From Polynucleobacter necessarius (lineage in GTDB: Bacteria; Pseudomonadota; Gammaproteobacteria; Burkholderiales; Burkholderiaceae): a DNA stretch of 32,000 nucleotides. Position numbers and translations under genes: made by a program. Positions 11,103 through 19,770 of the stretch are shown here, one piece after another. Within the stretch, counting starts at the first letter, position 1. Every line of letters begins with the position of its first letter. Where the stretch lies: positions 787,207 through 819,206 of the forward strand of contig NZ_LT606950.1 of assembly GCF_900095195.1 (NCBI RefSeq). Direction: 5' to 3'. The notes under the pieces are model-generated. The model had not been told where the DNA came from. It saw only the letters and a program-made list of their open reading frames with translations, and made no database searches.

Positions 11103-12416
11103 TTATTTACGAGCAGAGATATTGGGTACCTTGCGTGAAGTTTCACCAACGTACAACTGACGTGGACGTCCAATCTTGTACTCTGGATCGGTGATCATCT
11201 CTTCCCACTGCGCAATCCAGCCCACTGTTCTGGCTAGTGCAAAGATGCAGGTGAACATTTCGGTTGGGATACCCAAAGCGCGCTGGACAATACCAGAGTA
11301 GAAGTCAACGTTTGGATACAGCTTACGACTCACAAAGTAGTCATCTTCCAACGCAATCTTCTCTAGTGTCATCGCCAACTTGAACAATGGATCATCTTGC
11401 AAGCCAAGCTCATTTAAGACTTCATAGCATGTCTCACGCATCAATTTAGCGCGTGGGTCAAAGTTTTTGTAAACGCGGTGACCAAAGCCCATCAAACGTA
11501 CACCAGAGTTTTTATCTTTTACTTGCGCAATGAACTCATGGATCTTCTCAACGCCACCTTGAGCTTGAATCTCATTGAGCATCTGCAAACAGGCTTCGTT
11601 TGCACCACCATGCGCAGGGCCCCAGAGGCAGGCAATACCAGCAGAGATGGCAGCGAATGGATTGATGCCTGAAGAACCACACAAACGCACTGTCGAAGTT
11701 GAGGCATTTTGCTCATGGTCTGCATGCAATGTGAAGATGCGATCTAAAGCACGAACCAGCACTGGGTTTACTTTGTACTCTTCACAAGGTGTTGCAAACA
11801 TCATGCGCATAAAGTTTGCGGTGTATGACAAGGAGTTATCTGGATAGATAAATGGTTGCCCTACTGAGTATTTGTATGCCATCGCTACCAAGGTAGGCAT
11901 TTTGGCAATCAGACGAATTTGTGCTACTTCGCGAGTATACGCATCGCTGTAGTCGATTTCATCATGGTAGAACGCCGCCATTGCACCCACCAAACCAGTC
12001 AATATGGACATTGGGTGGGCATCACGACGGAAACCGCGCAAGAAGAATTGCATCTGCTCATGAACCATGGTGTGGTGCATCACCATGTTTTCAAAATCTG
12101 TCTTCTCTTTCGCATTAGGCAATTCGCCGTTGATCAAGAGGTAGCAAACCTCCAAGAAGTCACAGTTACCTGCTAAATCTTCAATGGGGTAACCACGATA
12201 GAGCAGCTCGCCCTTATCGCCATCGATGTAGGTGATTTTGCTATTGCATGACGCAGTAGACAGAAAACCGGAATCGTAGGTGAACTTACCAGTCTGACCA
12301 TAGAGCTTACGAATGTCGATCACATCAGGACCTACCGTCCCTTTGTAAATTGGCAGATCAATATCTGGTGTGCCATCCGAAAACGAGAGTTTTGCCTTGA
12401 TGTCCGATTCAATCAT
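11103..12416 (-). CDS. gltA: citrate synthase (type II)
   Basis: 437-aa ORF with [15 protein letters not shown] and [14 protein letters not shown]. Confidence 0.96.
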   Translation of the reverse strand: MIESDIKAKLSFSDGTPDIDLPIYKGTVGPDVIDIRKLYGQTGKFTYDSGFLSTASCNSKITYIDGDKGELLYRGYPIEDLAGNCDFLEVCYLLINGELPNAKEKTDFENMVMHHTMVHEQMQFFLRGFRRDAHPMSILTGLVGAMAAFYHDEIDYSDAYTREVAQIRLIAKMPTLVAMAYKYSVGQPFIYPDNSLSYTANFMRMMFATPCEEYKVNPVLVRALDRIFTLHADHEQNASTSTVRLCGSSGINPFAAISAGIACLWGPAHGGANEACLQMLNEIQAQGGVEKIHEFIAQVKDKNSGVRLMGFGHRVYKNFDPRAKLMRETCYEVLNELGLQDDPLFKLAMTLEKIALEDDYFVSRKLYPNVDFYSGIVQRALGIPTEMFTCIFALARTVGWIAQWEEMITDPEYKIGRPRQLYVGETSRKVPNISARK

Positions 12417-12498
12417 TTCTAATCCTTAGTCATTCAAAATTATGATTAATACACTATTCGTTCACACGCCTACACAGCCACTGCACCAAAATGCTGAT

Positions 12499-12768
12499 TT
12501 ATTTCTCTCTCAGCTTTTGTAATACCGCTTTAAAGGAATCTGACTGCATTTCCTTCTCCATCCCAGCAATCACGTCTTTTCGGCCGATCAATAAATCCAT
12601 AAGATCGTTATCACCTAAAGCCAATAGCTGACTTAATACTTTTCCATCTTCTACGCTTAGCTGAGCGCCGTATCGCTCAAAGAAACGTTGCAGAATTAAA
12701 TCGTTCTCCAGCAATCCCCGACGGGCATCACTCTTTAAACGATATAACTCTGCATTTCCGAGGGTCAT
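12499..12768 (-). CDS. sdhE: succinate dehydrogenase assembly factor 2 (SdhE/flavinylation factor)
   Basis: 89-aa ORF with the RGLLENDL (RGxxE) motif. It overlaps the sdhB stop by 4 nt. Confidence 0.8.
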   Translation of the reverse strand: MTLGNAELYRLKSDARRGLLENDLILQRFFERYGAQLSVEDGKVLSQLLALGDNDLMDLLIGRKDVIAGMEKEMQSDSFKAVLQKLREK

Positions 12769-13469
12769 ACCGCCCTGCGAACCATCAACTCCTTAATCTT
12801 GCCAATCGCCTTCGTTGGGTTCAAATGCTTAGGACAGACGTCCACGCAATTCATGATAGTATGGCAACGGAATAAACGGTATGGATCCTCAAGATTGTCG
12901 AGACGACGTGCAGTTTCTTCATCACGACTATCGGCAATAAAGCGATATGCCTGCAACAAACCTGCTGGTCCAACAAACTTGTCTGGATTCCACCAGAATG
13001 ATGGGCATGATGTAGAGCATGAAGCGCACAAAATGCACTCATACAAACCATTCAACTCTTCTCGCTCTTCAGGACTCTGAAGACGTTCTTTTTCTGGCGG
13101 CGGATTGTCATTCACCAAATATGGCTTGATGGATAAGTATTGTTTGAAGAACAAGGTCATATCAACGATCAAGTCACGCACCACTGGCAAGCCAGGCAAA
13201 GGACGCAATGTAATCACTTTTGGCAAGGTCAACATGTTTGTCAAACAGGCCAAGCCGTTTTTGCCATTGATGTTCATTGCATCTGAACCGCACACGCCTT
13301 CGCGGCAAGAGCGACGATACGAAATCGTTTCGTCTTGTTTCTTCAATGAAATTAACGCATCCAACAACATACGCTCGCCTTTGAGCTCAAGCTCATAGCG
13401 CTGCATGCGTGGGGCTGCATCGACATCTGGATCGTAACGATAAATTTCAAATATACGGGTATCACTCAT
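12765..13469 (-). CDS. sdhB: succinate dehydrogenase iron-sulfur subunit
   Basis: 234-aa ORF with three Cys clusters: CREGVCGSDAMNING, CILCASCSTSCP and CHTIMNCVDVCP. Confidence 0.96.
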   Translation of the reverse strand: MSDTRIFEIYRYDPDVDAAPRMQRYELELKGERMLLDALISLKKQDETISYRRSCREGVCGSDAMNINGKNGLACLTNMLTLPKVITLRPLPGLPVVRDLIVDMTLFFKQYLSIKPYLVNDNPPPEKERLQSPEEREELNGLYECILCASCSTSCPSFWWNPDKFVGPAGLLQAYRFIADSRDEETARRLDNLEDPYRLFRCHTIMNCVDVCPKHLNPTKAIGKIKELMVRRAV

Positions 13470-13485
13470 TCTCTATCTCTCTTGC

Positions 13486-15264
13486 TTAGAAAGTACGTTC
13501 TTTTGGAGGAACTGATTCAACAGTCAATGGTTTCAATTGGACTGGCTTGTAGTCCAAACGATTGCCTTCGCTATACCAAAGAGTATGCTTCATCCAGTTG
13601 TCGTCATCACGATGTGGATGGTCGTCATGCGAGTGAGCGCCACGACTTTCTTTGCGGGCTGCCGCAGAAGTCATGGTTGCGTTTGCAGTCTCAACCAAGT
13701 TCGCCACCTCAAGAGCTTCGATACGTGCAGTATTGAAAATCTCAGACTTATCTTTGACCCATAAATGTTTAGCGCGCTCGGTTAACTTCGCCATTTGACG
13801 AACACCTTCGTCCATCAACTCCTGGTTACGGAATACACCAGCGTATTTCTGCATGCACTTACGAATATCGTTTGCAACGTCTTGTGCGTACTCGCCAGAA
13901 ATAGAGCTATCCAACTTCGCAATACGCTCGAGAGTTTGCTGACCAGCATTTTTTGGCAATGGCCTGAATTCGCGATTCTTGAGGTTCAAACTAACAATGT
14001 GGTTACCTGCTGCGCGACCAAATACCAAGAGGTCGAGCAAAGAGTTGGTGCCTAAGCGGTTAGCACCGTGTACTGAAACGCATGAGCACTCGCCAATCGC
14101 ATACAAACCATTAATCACTTCATTGTGTTTACCGTTTGCTGGCACAACCACTTGACCATTGATGTTGGTAGGGATACCGCCCATCTGATAGTGAATGGTT
14201 GGCACTACTGGAATCGGCTCTTTGGTTACGTCAACGTTCGCAAAGTTGATGCCAATTTCGTATACAGAAGGTAAACGCTTCCTGATGGTATCGGCACCGA
14301 TATGCGTCAGATCGAGCACCACATAGTCACCGTTAGGACCACAACCGCGCCCTTCTTTAATCTCTTGGTCCATTGAGCGGGATACGAAATCACGTGGCGC
14401 CAAATCTTTCAAGGTTGGCGCATAGCGCTCCATGAAACGCTCACCACCCTTGTTACGCAAGATACCGCCTTCACCGCGGCAACCTTCTGTCAACAACACG
14501 CCCGCACCAGCAACGCCGGTTGGGTGGAATTGCCAGAACTCCATATCTTCCAATGGAATACCTGCGCGAGCTGCTAAGCCCATGCCGTCGCCGGTATTAA
14601 TAAAGGCGTTAGTCGACGCATCCCAAATACGACCTGCACCACCAGTAGCCAACATCACCACCTTGGCTTCCAAAATGTAGACTTGGCCAGTTTCCATTTC
14701 GAGGGCGGTAACACCAACTACATCGCCTTCGTCATCACGGATTAAATCCAGCGCCAACCACTCTACGAAAAAGTTGGTTTTTGCGCGTACGTTACGCTGA
14801 TACAGAGTGTGCAACATTGCATGACCAGTACGGTCCGCAGCGGCACAGGCACGTTGCACTGGCTTTTCACCATAGTTTGCAGTGTGGCCACCGAATGGAC
14901 GCTGATAAATTGTGCCGTCAGGGTTACGGTCAAATGGCATACCAAAGTGCTCTAACTCGTAAACCGCTTTGGGAGCTTCGCGACACATAAATTCAATAAC
15001 GTCCTGATCACCTAACCAGTCAGAACCCTTAATCGTGTCATAAAAGTGGTAGTGCCAGTTGTCTTCGTTCATGTTACCCAATGACGCGCCGATACCACCT
15101 TGCGCGGCAACGGTATGAGAACGCGTTGGGAAAACTTTAGTCAATACAGCAACGTTGAGACTGGCGTCGGCTAACTGCAATGAAACACGCATACCTGAAC
15201 CACCCGCACCAACAATCACCGCATCAAAACGGCGGTGTGGAAATGATTTTTGAATCGCAGTCAT
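13486..15264 (-). CDS. sdhA: succinate dehydrogenase flavoprotein subunit
   Basis: Contains FDAVIVGAGGSG (FAD-binding), RSHTVAAQGG (covalent-FAD His) and HPTG. I place the start at the Met of MTAIQKSF (codon 17 of the track ORF), because the longer form overlaps sdhD, which ends at 15269. Confidence 0.95.
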   Translation of the reverse strand: MTAIQKSFPHRRFDAVIVGAGGSGMRVSLQLADASLNVAVLTKVFPTRSHTVAAQGGIGASLGNMNEDNWHYHFYDTIKGSDWLGDQDVIEFMCREAPKAVYELEHFGMPFDRNPDGTIYQRPFGGHTANYGEKPVQRACAAADRTGHAMLHTLYQRNVRAKTNFFVEWLALDLIRDDEGDVVGVTALEMETGQVYILEAKVVMLATGGAGRIWDASTNAFINTGDGMGLAARAGIPLEDMEFWQFHPTGVAGAGVLLTEGCRGEGGILRNKGGERFMERYAPTLKDLAPRDFVSRSMDQEIKEGRGCGPNGDYVVLDLTHIGADTIRKRLPSVYEIGINFANVDVTKEPIPVVPTIHYQMGGIPTNINGQVVVPANGKHNEVINGLYAIGECSCVSVHGANRLGTNSLLDLLVFGRAAGNHIVSLNLKNREFRPLPKNAGQQTLERIAKLDSSISGEYAQDVANDIRKCMQKYAGVFRNQELMDEGVRQMAKLTERAKHLWVKDKSEIFNTARIEALEVANLVETANATMTSAAARKESRGAHSHDDHPHRDDDNWMKHTLWYSEGNRLDYKPVQLKPLTVESVPPKERTF

Positions 15265-15268
15265 CGAA

Positions 15269-15634
15269 TTACACTTTCCACAAAATTTGTACAGCATAGG
15301 CCGCACAGGCAACGAGATACAAAACGGTCAACACCTGAAGTGTCAAACGAATGCTGACGGGCTTGATGTAGTCCATCCAAATATCACGCACACCAATCCA
15401 TGCGTGATAGAACAAGCTAAACAATGCCAACAACGTTAGCAACTTCATGAATTGGTTACTGAATAGGCCTGACCAGCCCTCGTATGTAGCGCTACCAGTA
15501 ATGCAATAGTCGACCAACAACGCGATCGCAAAGACCACCATCACAATCGCAGTTACGCGTTGAATAATCCATTCTTTAGGATCGTAATGCGCACCGACAA
15601 CTAAGCGCTTTGGTCCGATTTGATAAATAGGCAT
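15269..15634 (-). CDS. sdhD: succinate dehydrogenase hydrophobic membrane anchor subunit
   Basis: 121-aa, three-TM protein between sdhC and sdhA. Confidence 0.85.
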   Translation of the reverse strand: MPIYQIGPKRLVVGAHYDPKEWIIQRVTAIVMVVFAIALLVDYCITGSATYEGWSGLFSNQFMKLLTLLALFSLFYHAWIGVRDIWMDYIKPVSIRLTLQVLTVLYLVACAAYAVQILWKV

Positions 15635-15658
15635 GAAATTTCCTTAATGAAGAAGCGC

Positions 15659-16078
15659 TTAATACAGGCCGAACATTTTGAGACCAACTACTGCAGTCAA
15701 AGCAATGCCAACGACCAACACGATGATGGCCGAACGATTTGATTCAGACTTCTCTACGCCGATTTCGAGATCGAGCAAGAGGTAGCGGATACCAGCACAG
15801 AAGTGGTGCAAGAAAGACCAAATCAAACCGAGGCAAATTAGTCTTACCAAGATGTTGCTAGTGAAAGCTTGGAATTTTTGATAACTCAATTCAGAGGCTA
15901 AGCTCTGATCAAAGAGGTACAAAATGAACGGCAACAAGAGGAACAACACTGCTCCGCTGATGCGATGAAGGATGGAAACTTTTCCCACCCAAGGAAGTCG
16001 ATATTTAATTAACTGGGCAAGACCAATATTGCGATAAACCGGTCTATCTTTTTTAACGCTTTGCTGTGCTTCAACCAT
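15659..16078 (-). CDS. sdhC: succinate dehydrogenase cytochrome b556 subunit
   Basis: 139-aa, three-TM protein with an HRISG motif. It is the first gene of the sdh operon. Confidence 0.85.
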   Translation of the reverse strand: MVEAQQSVKKDRPVYRNIGLAQLIKYRLPWVGKVSILHRISGAVLFLLLPFILYLFDQSLASELSYQKFQAFTSNILVRLICLGLIWSFLHHFCAGIRYLLLDLEIGVEKSESNRSAIIVLVVGIALTAVVGLKMFGLY

Positions 16079-16122
16079 GGGTAATCTCTATCTTTAGGTG
16101 GAGGTTCAGTACGACCTTGTTG

Positions 16123-16139
16123 TGTTGCAACATATTCTA
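16123..16139 (-). promoter_or_regulatory. candidate sdhC -10 box (TAGAAT, 16139-16134) abutting a perfect 10-bp palindrome TGTTGCAACA (16123-16132)
   Basis: Read directly on the minus strand: TAGAAT-A-TGTTGCAACA, 45-60 nt upstream of the sdhC ATG. The palindrome has the GT-N4-AC shape typical of GntR-family operators. I found no convincing -35 box. Confidence 0.3.
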
Positions 16140-16150
16140 TTAGAAACCTT

Positions 16151-16200
16151 GGGTCTATAGTGGGTTCTTAAGGGTTTATAGGGGTTAAAAAGGGGGTTTT
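16151..16200. repeat. five helically phased GGGT(T/C)+A/T-rich units (about 10-12 bp period)
   Basis: The units are GGGTCTATAGT GGGTTCTTAA GGGTTTATAG GGGTTAAAAAGG GGGTTTT. GGGT starts at 16151, 16162, 16172, 16182 and 16194, giving spacings of 11, 10, 10 and 12. The array lies between the gntR stop and the putative sdhC promoter. Confidence 0.6.
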
Positions 16201-16223
16201 GCAGAATTTTTTACTCAAGTATT

Positions 16224-16982
16224 TCAGTTCAATTTGTTTTCATAATGCTGCTCAGAAGTGTCGTATCTTGCGTGCCGAATTTCTACTGGTTTATTCCCGT
16301 AGGTATAGGCAACCCGCTTTACTGAGAGCAAGGGTGCACCAACAGCTATCTGAAGATGGGCAGCCAGGGTTTCATCTGCGGCTACGGCCTTGATCTTTTC
16401 CTCCGCCCTCACCATGTGGGTGGCGTACTGGCTTTCATAAAGCGCATAGACTGGGCCATGCCAATCATTGAGCGTTTCGAGCTCCAAACCCTTGAAGCGA
16501 GTGCTTGGAAGCCAAATCTCTTCAAAAACAATGGGTTGGCCAGCAAAGCTCTGAATTCGGTCGATGTAGATAACGGGGTCACCTGCCTTTAATTTAAGCA
16601 AGTTTGCGACATAGGGGGTGGCCTTGGTGTTTTGGCAAACCAGGAAACGGTTGGTTAGATGAAATTTTTCGCCAGAGTCAAACGCCAAGCGCAAGAATCG
16701 GTATTGCCAATCATCCTCGGTATGGGTGGCAACAAAAGTGCCTTTGCCCTGCCGTTTTACCAAGAGATTTTGGGCAGCGAGCTCATCGATTGCCTTGCGA
16801 ACGGTACCTTGACTCACCGCATAGCGACTTGCCAACTCCATTTCACTGGGGATAGCTTCGCCAGGAAGCCATTCAGAGGCTTGCAGGCTTGCCAAAATCA
16901 TCGCCTTGATCTGTTCATACAGAGGGCTAAATGAGGCAACAGGCAAATTTACTTCTGACAAATGATCTCCAGCACAAAGCAA
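16224..16982 (-). CDS. GntR-family transcriptional regulator, HutC subfamily (wHTH + UTRA-like C-domain)
   Basis: 252-aa ORF with PLYEQIKAMI...LPSEMELASRYAVSQGTVRKAIDELAAQNLLVKRQGKGTFV. There is no ATG upstream of the HTH, so a TTG start is required and the exact start is uncertain. It is divergent from mdh and upstream of sdhC. Confidence 0.85.
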   Translation of the reverse strand: MLCAGDHLSEVNLPVASFSPLYEQIKAMILASLQASEWLPGEAIPSEMELASRYAVSQGTVRKAIDELAAQNLLVKRQGKGTFVATHTEDDWQYRFLRLAFDSGEKFHLTNRFLVCQNTKATPYVANLLKLKAGDPVIYIDRIQSFAGQPIVFEEIWLPSTRFKGLELETLNDWHGPVYALYESQYATHMVRAEEKIKAVAADETLAAHLQIAVGAPLLSVKRVAYTYGNKPVEIRHARYDTSEQHYENKLN

Positions 16983-17007
16983 TTGGATAAAATTCCAGAC
17001 AATTCTA

Positions 17008-17021
17008 GTCTTATATAAGAC
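17008..17021. promoter_or_regulatory. perfect 14-bp palindrome GTCTTATATAAGAC, candidate GntR/HutC-type operator
   Basis: The sequence is self-complementary when read directly. Its GTCT/AGAC half-sites resemble the GTCTAGAC core of HutC-subfamily operators. It lies 26-39 nt upstream of the gntR start and immediately upstream of the putative mdh -35 box. Confidence 0.45.
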
Positions 17022-17025
17022 ATCA

Positions 17026-17055
17026 TTGACAGTGTAGAGCTAAAGTCCCTACACT
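17026..17055 (+). promoter_or_regulatory. candidate sigma70 promoter for mdh (TTGACA-N18-TACACT) overlapping a 7-bp-arm inverted repeat AGTGTAG-N11-CTACACT (17031-17055)
   Basis: A consensus -35 TTGACA sits at 17026-17031 and a 4/6 -10 match at 17050-17055. GGAG lies about 11 nt before the mdh ATG. Confidence 0.35.
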
Positions 17056-17119
17056 TGAATGGATAATAGAAAAGTTTTTATTTTTTAACCCTCTTAACCT
17101 TCCTCTGGAGTTATTAGTA

Positions 17120-18109
17120 ATGGCAAAAGCCCCAATGCGTGTCGCCGTAACCGGTGCAGCCGGTCAAATCGGATATTCCATTCTATTCCGCATCGCCAAT
17201 GGCGACCTATTGGGCAAGGATCAGCCCGTCATCCTCCAATTGCTCGAAATTCCAGACGAAAAAGCTCAAAAAGCGCTAACTGGCGTGATCATAGAGCTCG
17301 AAGACTGTGCGTTCCCATTGTTGGCTGGCGTTACCGCCCATTCTGATCCTTTGACCGCACTCAAAGACATTGATGTTGCCCTGTTGGTTGGTGCACGTCC
17401 ACGTGGTCCTGGCATGGAACGGAAAGATTTATTATCTGCGAACGCCCAAATCTTTACTGCGCAAGGTAAAGCATTGAATGCTGTTGCGAAGAAGACTGTC
17501 AAAGTATTGGTGGTTGGTAACCCAGCAAACACCAACGCTTACATCGCCATGAAATCTGCTCCAGATATTCCTGCGAAGAACTTCACTGCAATGTTGCGCC
17601 TCGATCACAACCGCGCACTCTCCCAATTGGCAACCAAGTTGAATAAGCCAGTCGCAGGCATTGAGAAATTAGTTGTCTGGGGCAATCACAGCCCAACGAT
17701 GTATCCAGACTATCGCTTTGCAACGATCGATGGCAAGTCTGTGAAAGATGAGATTAACGATGCCGCCTGGAATAAAGACGTATTTATTCCAACTGTTGGC
17801 AAACGTGGCGCTGCCATTATTGATGCACGCGGCCTTTCCTCTGCAGCGTCTGCTGCGAATGCTGCAATTGACCATATTCATGATTGGGCGCTCGGTACTA
17901 GCGGTAAATGGGTCACGATGGGCATCCCATCGAAAGGTGAATACGGCATTCCAGCGGAAGTGATTTATGGCTTCCCAGTGACTTGCGAAAACGGCGAATA
18001 CAAGATGGTCGAAGGCTTGGAGATCGATGAGTTCTCTCGCGAGCGTATGACACACACCTTGAATGAGCTGCTTGAAGAGCAAGCTGGTGTGAAGCATTTG
18101 CTTCCGTAA
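17120..18109 (+). CDS. mdh: malate dehydrogenase (LDH-like family)
   Basis: 329-aa ORF with [15 protein letters not shown] (NAD-binding) and MLRLDHNRA (catalytic His). Confidence 0.96.
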   Translation: MAKAPMRVAVTGAAGQIGYSILFRIANGDLLGKDQPVILQLLEIPDEKAQKALTGVIIELEDCAFPLLAGVTAHSDPLTALKDIDVALLVGARPRGPGMERKDLLSANAQIFTAQGKALNAVAKKTVKVLVVGNPANTNAYIAMKSAPDIPAKNFTAMLRLDHNRALSQLATKLNKPVAGIEKLVVWGNHSPTMYPDYRFATIDGKSVKDEINDAAWNKDVFIPTVGKRGAAIIDARGLSSAASAANAAIDHIHDWALGTSGKWVTMGIPSKGEYGIPAEVIYGFPVTCENGEYKMVEGLEIDEFSRERMTHTLNELLEEQAGVKHLLP

Positions 18110-18127
18110 TTTTTCCTAGGAAAGCAC

Positions 18128-18502
18128 ATGAACAAATCCCTTCTATCCATTAGCCTTGTACTAGCCGCCCTTTTGGGCACCGCTACTGCGAGCGCTGATC
18201 AAGAGGTCGTTTCTTGGGCTTGTAGCGAGAGCAAGCAATTTAAAACCGCTGGCTCTTTTGAAAAGGTTCGTTTGACTTGGGAAACTAAGACATACGAATT
18301 AGTAAAACAGAATTCGTTACCTGGTAGCCTGCGTTACAAAAACGCAGATTCTGGTCACGACCTTGTTGTCTTGGGCAACAAGGCAATGCTGTTTAACATC
18401 AAGACAGGCAACCGCTTAGCGGATTTCTGCCAAACTGCAGAAATGAAATCCGGTAAGTTGCCACATTTGTTTGCGGGTGCTGAGCCTTTTGTAGCGAATT
18501 AA
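18128..18502 (+). CDS. small secreted protein, possibly MliC-like (lysozyme-inhibitor fold); function unknown
   Basis: 124-aa ORF with a signal peptide ending ATASA-DQ. Two Cys (WAC...FC) bracket a YEL..Q.S..GS.RY....G..L...GN.A.L pattern reminiscent of MliC. It lies 18 nt after mdh and ends at the terminator. Confidence 0.55.
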   Translation: MNKSLLSISLVLAALLGTATASADQEVVSWACSESKQFKTAGSFEKVRLTWETKTYELVKQNSLPGSLRYKNADSGHDLVVLGNKAMLFNIKTGNRLADFCQTAEMKSGKLPHLFAGAEPFVAN

Positions 18503-18529
18503 GCAGGTTTTTAACTGCATCAAAGAAAA

Positions 18530-18552
18530 GTCGAGGACTCCTCGGCTTTTTT
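18530..18552. terminator. bidirectional rho-independent terminator
   Basis: The stem GTCGAGG-ACT-CCTCGGC has 7 bp including one G-U pair. It is followed by TTTTTT on plus and preceded by AAAGAAAAG (T-rich on minus). It sits between convergent genes ending at 18502 (+) and 18559 (-). Confidence 0.7.
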
Positions 18553-18558
18553 ATTGCT

Positions 18559-19770
18559 CTAGTGAAAAAGAGGTTGTTGTGTAGGGGTATCTTCTGGCAT
18601 TTCGGCATGCACTGCCTCACCAGATCGATCGGGGAATAAAGGGGCGCCACAATCGTCACACAATTCTGGATCAAACAACATCGCGTGACGAAAAACGTCT
18701 TCCACACCCGCATCATGCAATGCATCACAAATCTTTTTGATGAGGCTTTCATCGTCGGATAAATCATTTAGCGCATCATTCGCAACGCTCTCACGATCGT
18801 AGAGTGGCCAAATCACTCCATACATCACCTCGGGTAAACCCTTGGCACTGAATGAAATGCGATATTCATCTGCCTGTTCCTCACCGAACGCACCTACCAC
18901 GCAAGATAAACCTGCTGGCAAGATGCCCAGTGTGCTCTCGAGAAAATTCACTGCGGCACGGATACATAAGGGGCGAACATGTTTGACGGCCAATCGGCAA
19001 TTCGTAAAATAGGTTTCTGGTAGTAAAAGCTCAAATTCACAACCAGGCAACATGGCTGCAATCGCATCGTGCATAGCGTTTTGCCAACCAATCAAACTCA
19101 CTCCACGCTCTTGCCGTGCGGGCGACTCTTCTTGCCATTTAAAAATAGGCGAACCGCTCGGCGCACTCAGTGCTGCGACGATAAATCGCGGATCAGCAAG
19201 AACCGCGATCGTCTCCGACATATCGCGCAACTCTAGCTTGACGTCTTTACCAGAAATCGCAGCATTTGCTAGCGCCTCAGTAAGCACACGAGTTTGGCAA
19301 TGCGAGTGTGGCATCTGATCAATACTGTAGAGCCAAGGTACGATGGCTAAGCGCGTATCTGTTGCAGCAATAGCACCGTGCAAGGCACTGGCCGTTGCCT
19401 CAATCACGTTGGCAGGCAATGGGCCTGAGGGAATCTGATACCGCGTATGCGCAACAATTGGCATCGCCAACAAAAGTACATCCCACTGTTGGCCCTCGTG
19501 TTCCATCTTGAGAGACTCGGCTAGCGTTTCAGCGATATCTGCCAACACCTCAAACGCCACAGTATTAATCCGGAAGGTTTGATCGAGCGCAGCATCAATT
19601 ACATTTTGATTTTGACTTTTGAGCAAACGCATTAAGCGCACATTCAGACGCTCTTCCCAAAAACGGTCTTCAACTTGACTACCCGATGCAGCCAAGGAGA
19701 TCGCATCTGCGACCAGTTTTTCGACTTCGGGAGAACTGCGTTGCGAGGGTTTGGTGCGATGCACTGCCAT
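18559..19770 (-). CDS. conserved hypothetical protein (I recall this as DUF2863-like; unverified)
   Basis: 403-aa intact ORF. Its stop is adjacent to the terminator and its start overlaps the yaaA stop by 1 nt. I recognise no catalytic motif. Confidence 0.65.
   Translation of the reverse strand: MAVHRTKPSQRSSPEVEKLVADAISLAASGSQVEDRFWEERLNVRLMRLLKSQNQNVIDAALDQTFRINTVAFEVLADIAETLAESLKMEHEGQQWDVLLLAMPIVAHTRYQIPSGPLPANVIEATASALHGAIAATDTRLAIVPWLYSIDQMPHSHCQTRVLTEALANAAISGKDVKLELRDMSETIAVLADPRFIVAALSAPSGSPIFKWQEESPARQERGVSLIGWQNAMHDAIAAMLPGCEFELLLPETYFTNCRLAVKHVRPLCIRAAVNFLESTLGILPAGLSCVVGAFGEEQADEYRISFSAKGLPEVMYGVIWPLYDRESVANDALNDLSDDESLIKKICDALHDAGVEDVFRHAMLFDPELCDDCGAPLFPDRSGEAVHAEMPEDTPTQQPLFH

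Noticed and set aside
15265-15312. A 16-codon N-terminal extension of sdhA in the ORF track (MPVRPMLYKFCGKCNS).
   Set aside because: It overlaps the 3' end of sdhD. The conserved sdhA N-terminus begins at MTAIQKSF, just before the GAGGSG FAD-binding motif.
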